Virus record (IMG/VR): IMGVR_UViG_3300030329_004647
Coordinates: 124,001 to 188,000 of that record
Reading direction: 5' to 3' (one strand)
Length of the DNA stretch: 64,000 nt
Made by a program: the position numbers and the translations under genes. Below are positions 59,801 to 64,000 of the stretch, piece after piece. Each line of letters begins with the position of its first letter. The first letter of the stretch is position 1. Under the pieces are notes generated by a model. It was not told where the DNA came from. It did no database searches and worked only from the letters and a program-made list of their open reading frames with translations.

Positions 59801-60941
59801 GGGAGCAGCAGACTTTAGAGGTGAACCAGCATCAAGTAATCACCCATACAAAAAACTAAATTCTCGTAAATTTACTTTAGCACCTTATGGTGGTTTTGAT
59901 GGATGGGATGAATACCGTAAGTTTAGAAGTAATGGTGATTCCTATAGACTTGGACTACAAGGATTCTTAAATGGAGCGTGTAATGACGCGGTTTACCCGT
60001 CAGCTGTAGGAGACGGTTCATTTAAAGCTCTAAGTAGTACTGAAGCAAATACGGATTATTTTGCATACCTTAGAGGTGTACAAACATTCCAAAACCCAGA
60101 AGCGGTTAATATTAATGTATTTGCTACACCAGGTATTGACTACGTTAACAACCAATCTCTAGTTAAAGAATCTATAGATATGGTAGAAAGTCAAAGAGCT
60201 GACTCGTTATATATTACGACAACACCTGACTTTAACATGTACGTACCAACATCTTCAGATGTGACAAATCAAATATCACCAACAGAAGCTGGAGATAATT
60301 TAGAGGACTCACTAATAGATTCTAACTATACGGCAACGTATTATCCATGGATTTTGGTTAGAGATGACAATAGTAATAAACAAATCTATATACCACCAAC
60401 ATCAGAGGTTACTAGAAACTTAGCATTAACTGATAATGTAGCATTCCCTTGGTTCGCTTCAGCAGGTTATACACGTGGTTTAGTAAACGCACAAAGAGCT
60501 AGAAGAAAACTGACTCAGGACGAAAGAGATACGTTATATGTTGATAGAATTAACCCAATAGCGACATTCTCAGATGTAGGACCAATTATTTTTGGACAGA
60601 AAACTCTACAAATTAAAGAGTCTGCTCTTGACAGAATTAATGTTAGAAGATTATTATTACAAACAAGAAAACTAATTTCCGCGGTAGCTGTTAGACTACT
60701 ATTCGAACAAAATGATGATGTAGTAAGACAACAATTCTTAGACCTAGTTAACCCTATATTAGATTCTATTAGAAGAGATAGAGGTTTAACAGACTTTAGA
60801 GTTGTACTTTCTAACGACCCAGAAGAAATTGATAGAAATGAATTAAATGGTAAGATTTACTTAAAACCTACAAGAGCGTTAGAGTTTATCTTCATAGAAT
60901 TCTTGATAACACCAACTGGAGCAGAATTTGAATCAGTTTAA
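56856..60941 (+). CDS. Contractile tail sheath protein (gp18-like) with large insertion
   Basis: VSPGVYTSEKDLS, GETKKGPAFEP, WFASAGYTRG, RINPI, GQKTLQ, LDRINVRRLL, IYLKPTRALEFI. Confidence 0.92.
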   Translation: MANGNNRVFVSPGVYTSEKDLSFVAQSVGVTTLGLVGETKKGPAFEPIFVSNYSDFTTRFGSTSADKFVDTQIPKHELAFIAKSYLSQSNQLFVTRVLGLNGYDAGPSWSITTIGEVDPLYVSAATSAQTTSNWSDIIYIPMTSTTATPDGIYLTYNSATGKFSDPITDMTTFGGANFPIQNYQLTGQTFINGYGTTLGTFIDEITSFVNTVNGGDNMSWDGSGLSQYWYYGVLGTGTTVGGEGANSFCEHYANTWMTGNTSGLSIQAIDHENRLAVDASNFYDDQNDGWYDTLFEYEYGEGANCYCTSYSGSSFDMFGYSALTAQTYIDEVDLSTSGASTFFAGGQFNNDPTSGGTSTEWSGATGVNGTGGQAVISFTATSSGGPETWAYRIGSTSANATGVVANVWSSLYQTPVGTYDSIGPVTTHPYVPSDFDEVLSGGTASTTTVLKSNPYPVPLTPFDFAKSGTTCDTSIGAYSAVSVIYSGFANIGSLVGGNLGGAGTGFDQGNLSSGISHTFVGFSGADGPNSYSGTLAVNMVFYSADCQSQNLLTLQLSGCAAEYQNVSADTEYHNLVVATMRARGQSSLSTGGPVYTISGSSSSSTGAYGDVTFNCLGAYQPIVDDPFFNFGISARTDGGATYNFDVSMNTSSKNYLPKVLGRNVFDKKMEEVPIFVEEVYPNILKYGFNRNRIRGLNCCLLKLPAARWNNTGMDSIGWYMQQWQTPETPYVVSELRGEDVYRLFKFVSISDGTEANREYKVSIINISFERLEFDVLVRDFYDSDASPVVYEKFTRCSLDPSLPSFIGRKIGTSDGQYELRSKYTMLYLTEEVLDGTLKDAVPAGFDYYDFRNYENGAGKTCRAIPPMLKYKTKYFTAGEVVYDPPYDNADGSANSYISPGDNVRKTYLGISDTVGAAIDFDFFEYKGKKTPVSVCTDVNGVSWGTIRKGFHMDSGATIIVAGSGTYITQSGTTLSGDSIFEVGAADFRGEPASSNHPYKKLNSRKFTLAPYGGFDGWDEYRKFRSNGDSYRLGLQGFLNGACNDAVYPSAVGDGSFKALSSTEANTDYFAYLRGVQTFQNPEAVNINVFATPGIDYVNNQSLVKESIDMVESQRADSLYITTTPDFNMYVPTSSDVTNQISPTEAGDNLEDSLIDSNYTATYYPWILVRDDNSNKQIYIPPTSEVTRNLALTDNVAFPWFASAGYTRGLVNAQRARRKLTQDERDTLYVDRINPIATFSDVGPIIFGQKTLQIKESALDRINVRRLLLQTRKLISAVAVRLLFEQNDDVVRQQFLDLVNPILDSIRRDRGLTDFRVVLSNDPEEIDRNELNGKIYLKPTRALEFIFIEFLITPTGAEFESV

Positions 60942-60962
60942 AACTAAATAAAAATTATTACG

Positions 60963-61247
60963 ATGGAATTGAATAAAGAAATTTTAATAGAAAGTTTAGG
61001 TGTGAAGTCGACTGGAGCTAAACATTTTACTAATAATAAAAAACAATCAGTTATTATAAGTGAAAAACAACTCGAAAGATTAGTAGAAAAATATGTCAAT
61101 GAAGATGAAAATGTTGTTAATATCGACATACCATCGGGAAGTAACGTAGAAGTTACCCCAAAAGATGAAGATATGGCAGAAGATGTTGTAGCAGGAATCG
61201 ACAATGACATGATTGATGAGGAAGAATCTTGTCCAGACGATGTTTAA
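60963..61247 (+). CDS. Small acidic hypothetical protein
   Basis: ILIESLG and IISEKQLERLVE motifs. Confidence 0.55.
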   Translation: MELNKEILIESLGVKSTGAKHFTNNKKQSVIISEKQLERLVEKYVNEDENVVNIDIPSGSNVEVTPKDEDMAEDVVAGIDNDMIDEEESCPDDV

Positions 61248-61275
61248 TCTACATTAAGTTTACTTCTTAATATTA

Positions 61276-61307
61276 TATAAAAAACTCCTACACAGGAGTT
61301 TTTTATA
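61276..61307. terminator. Intrinsic terminator
   Basis: TATAAAAAACTCCT-ACAC-AGGAGTTTTTTATA. Confidence 0.8.
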
Positions 61308-61365
61308 TTATAACCATATAGTTTATGTAAGTTGTATTAACAAAATGTTTTAATATTTATAAGAT

Positions 61366-62226
61366 ATGAGTAAAATTATCATAACAGCAAAACAACTAGA
61401 ACATCTAAGTAATGTAGTTAAAGAACAAGCTAGAGCAAATAATGGTGCTGTAAGAGCTTATTCTTTTGATTGGGACGACAATATCCTCCATATGCCTACT
61501 AAAATTGCAATTGATTACAATAACGGCACAGAATGGGTACCAACCCTCATAACCACTGAAATGTTTTCTAAGGTAAGAGAAAATGAAAATTTTAGGGTAA
61601 ATGAAGATTCCTTTGTTAATTTTAGAAATGATAATGTTTTTTTTGACGACCTTAATGAAGCTTTACAAAAAAGAAGTTTCGCTCCTTCTTTTGAAAAATT
61701 TAAAGAATCTTTAATATACGCTAATCCTTTTTCTATTATTACAGCAAGAGGACATACACCAGAAGTTTTTCCTAAAGGTATAAAAGTAATAATTGGAAAT
61801 ACTTTTAGTGAGGGAGAACTAGAAGATATGTTATTTAACATTAAGAAGAAATATCCAGAAACTGTGGACTATTCACCGTGGGACGCGATTGATTTTTATT
61901 TAAATGAAAATGAATACCACCCTGTAACATCCGAAGAATTCGGTAAAAAATTCGGAAATAGGTTCATCAATACGGATAACCCTGAAGAAGCTAAAAAAAC
62001 AGCACTTAGAAATTATATAGAAAAAGTTGTAAACGGTGTTAGTAAAATAGAAGATGGTAATTATTCACAATTATCTATAGGTTTTAGTGACGATGACTAC
62101 GGTAATATAAGTGCTGTAATAAATTTAATAAAAGATGAACTAAACCAAAAGTATCCACAAGTAAATTTTGTTGTATATGACACATCTAGTGGTGACATAA
62201 ACAAAATTGTAGTTAAAAGAGAATAG
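61366..62226 (+). CDS. HAD-superfamily hydrolase-like protein
   Basis: FDWDDNIL, IITARGH, IGFSDDD; TATTTATA at 61354-61361. Confidence 0.6.
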   Translation: MSKIIITAKQLEHLSNVVKEQARANNGAVRAYSFDWDDNILHMPTKIAIDYNNGTEWVPTLITTEMFSKVRENENFRVNEDSFVNFRNDNVFFDDLNEALQKRSFAPSFEKFKESLIYANPFSIITARGHTPEVFPKGIKVIIGNTFSEGELEDMLFNIKKKYPETVDYSPWDAIDFYLNENEYHPVTSEEFGKKFGNRFINTDNPEEAKKTALRNYIEKVVNGVSKIEDGNYSQLSIGFSDDDYGNISAVINLIKDELNQKYPQVNFVVYDTSSGDINKIVVKRE

Positions 62227-62296
62227 AAACAAGAAAGTTTTCAAATATAGATATATTTATAATAGTAAATAAAAGAAATTTTTAAAAATACACAAT

Positions 62297-62785
62297 ATGG
62301 CTGATTTATTAATGAAAATGCCCGTTCCTTATGAACCGAAAAGAAAGAATCGGTTTATTTTGAGATTTGATTCTTCACTGGGTTTAAACGAGTGGTACGT
62401 TGAAAGTACATCAAGACCACAAGTAACAATAAATTCTGTAGAAATACCTTTCCTAAACACATCTACTTATGTGGCAGGAAGATTTACATGGAATACTGTT
62501 AATGTAACATTCAGAGACCCAATCGGTCCTTCAGCAGCACAAGCGTTGATGGAGTGGGTTAGACTACACGCTGAGTCAGTTACTGGTAGAATGGGATATG
62601 CTGCGGGATATAAGAAAAATATCGATTTAGAATTATTAGACCCTACAGGAGTTGTTGTAGAAAAATGGGTAATGCAAGGTGTATTTTTAACAGATGTTAA
62701 TTTTAATGACTTATCTTATAGTGATGACGGACTATCTAACATTTCTGCTACACTAAGACCAGACAGATGTATATTAGTTTACTAA
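62297..62785 (+). CDS. Tail tube protein (gp19-like)
   Basis: YEPKRKNRF, YVAGRFTW, TFRDPI, MEWVR, LLDPTGVVVEKW; TATTTATA at 62254-62261. Confidence 0.88.
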   Translation: MADLLMKMPVPYEPKRKNRFILRFDSSLGLNEWYVESTSRPQVTINSVEIPFLNTSTYVAGRFTWNTVNVTFRDPIGPSAAQALMEWVRLHAESVTGRMGYAAGYKKNIDLELLDPTGVVVEKWVMQGVFLTDVNFNDLSYSDDGLSNISATLRPDRCILVY

Positions 62786-62806
62786 AACTATAAAACATAC
62801 AATATT

Positions 62807-62832
62807 AAAAAACCCCAGTTATGGGGTTTTTT
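62807..62832. terminator. Bidirectional intrinsic terminator
   Basis: AAAAAACCCCA-GTTA-TGGGGTTTTTT. Confidence 0.8.
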
Positions 62833-63445
62833 TATTTAAAGGGGCAACATTTTTATTTTTGGGATAAGGTTGTTTAATCCACTTAGTTTTAAGGGTTTTA
62901 TCAAAAACTAACATGTATCTATGTTTTCTAGTCCTATCCCTCCATTCACCTCGTTTATTTTTTACGGGTCCTCGAGAATGTTTTATAAACGTACCATCAC
63001 CCAACTCAAACCAAAAATCTTTCTTTTTATCTGTTAATCCATAATACGAAAAATTGGTTGCCTGATAAATGTAACCATTATGTAGTTTGGAATCAGCATA
63101 AGATATTACAGCTTTAAGAACTGTTTCTTTTTTAAGAAGTTTAATAGATTTTGAGACGAACCAAGATAATAAATTTTTAAAATTGTGTTCGGGATGTACA
63201 CACAGTCTTCCCAGTTCATATATTCCCTCCTGAGAACTCCTATCTAAACCAAAACAACCTTTAACTAATTCAGGCACAGAGGGAGCATGAAAGATACATA
63301 CACTTATTAACTCATCTTGTTTAAAAATTCCGTAATTAAAACCACATCTGAAACCTTTACTTTCTTTTGACAAGTAATGATATTCATTAAGTAGCTTAGC
63401 GCATTCGGATTTAGTAATAGCTCTAATGCTTAAATTTTGAAACAT
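62819..63445 (-). CDS. Mom-like (GNAT-fold) DNA modification protein
   Basis: YHYL, YGIF, ELGRLC, SWFVSKSIKLL, VISYADS, GYIYQATNF. Confidence 0.65.
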   Translation of the reverse strand: MFQNLSIRAITKSECAKLLNEYHYLSKESKGFRCGFNYGIFKQDELISVCIFHAPSVPELVKGCFGLDRSSQEGIYELGRLCVHPEHNFKNLLSWFVSKSIKLLKKETVLKAVISYADSKLHNGYIYQATNFSYYGLTDKKKDFWFELGDGTFIKHSRGPVKNKRGEWRDRTRKHRYMLVFDKTLKTKWIKQPYPKNKNVAPLNKKTP

Positions 63446-63515
63446 ATAATAATTATATTTTATAATGTTGATATAAAATTATAATAAACTTAAATTAGTA
63501 TTTAAACGCAAAAAT

Positions 63516-64000
63516 ATGGATTTACAACAAAACACACCAGAAATGGAACCACAAGTAGCTTATGACATGGTAGAATTGCCTTCTAAGGGCGTATTTTATC
63601 CTGGCAATAAGAAAAGTGTAAAGGTTAGCTACCTCACAGCTGAAGATGAAAATATTTTAACAGCACCTAATCTTGTACAATCAGGAGAAATGATGGACAT
63701 TTTATTAGGTAAGAAAATTTTAGATAAAGATATTGATATAGCAACTTTAGCTGAATGTGATAGACAAGCGGTCCTAATCTTTTTAAGAAACACCGCTTTT
63801 GGTTCGGAATACACTTTTAATCTTGTAGACCCAGTAACTAATGAAAGTTTTGAACACATAGAAGACTTAAGTAATTTAACATTCAAAGAAGTTAAAATAA
63901 GTCCAAACAAAAAAGGAGAATACGAAACCACACTCCCAAAAAGTGGACGAAAGGTAATGTTAAAAACCTTGTCACCAAAAGATGAACAAGAATTAAATGA
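63516..64000 (+). CDS. Baseplate hub assembly protein (T4 gp26-like), 3'-truncated (not in ORF track)
   Basis: MDLQQ...VELPSKGVFYP...YLTAEDENILT...DRQAVLIFLRNTAFGSEY; open to window end. Confidence 0.75.
   Translation, partial: MDLQQNTPEMEPQVAYDMVELPSKGVFYPGNKKSVKVSYLTAEDENILTAPNLVQSGEMMDILLGKKILDKDIDIATLAECDRQAVLIFLRNTAFGSEYTFNLVDPVTNESFEHIEDLSNLTFKEVKISPNKKGEYETTLPKSGRKVMLKTLSPKDEQELN

Noticed and set aside
1406-63931. Short antisense or alternate-frame ORFs in the track (e.g. 1406, 2605, 4035, 6925, 8556, 10557, 12201, 14209, 25207, 40327, 44006, 51404, 55860, 60944, 61515, 63629)
   Set aside because: They overlap well-supported genes and lack motifs; treated as shadow ORFs.
1-64000. Stop-codon recoding as in Lak or some crAss-like phages
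   Set aside because: Genes are full length in code 11, and both TAG (62224-62226) and TGA (43835-43837) end genes normally.
1-64000. tRNA, rRNA, CRISPR array, IS elements
   Set aside because: No cloverleaf, repeat-spacer pattern or transposase seen; intergenic gaps are short.

Overview
AT-rich segment (roughly 30% GC by eye) of a large T4-like myovirus (jumbo phage) genome in the standard genetic code, most likely infecting a Bacteroidota (Flavobacteria-like) host. Host evidence: TTG-N19/20-TAnnTTTG promoters, no Shine-Dalgarno sequences, a DUF4494-like gene and a Bacteroidota-type outer-membrane beta-barrel. It carries virion genes (gp5-like spike, gp13/14/15-like neck, a greatly enlarged 1361-aa tail sheath, tail tube, gp26-like hub, S74-chaperone fibre), replication and metabolism genes (family B DNA polymerase, SNF2 helicase, exonuclease, dUTPase, PhoH, Mn/Fe-SOD, Mom-like modifier) and a gp55-like late sigma factor. 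The most striking element is a ~29 kb co-directional block (9632-38322) with about 13 glycosyltransferase-like genes and nucleotide-sugar pathways (Gmd/Fcl/ColD, RfbH, RmlB, Ugd, two unusual nucleotidyltransferase fusions) but no export machinery. Many virion proteins carry a recurring [S/T][G/A]x[S/T] motif that could be the acceptor, suggesting a phage-encoded virion glycosylation system. Other signals read from the sequence: a TATTTAT late-promoter motif (reverse complement of T4's), apparently leaderless mRNAs, a shared I/L-x-E capsid-targeting-like tag on SOD/WYL/HAD proteins, an unannotated RHH regulator with a tandem operator, a pseudoknot-like RNA and apparent GATC avoidance. All family assignments come from motif recognition without database searches.
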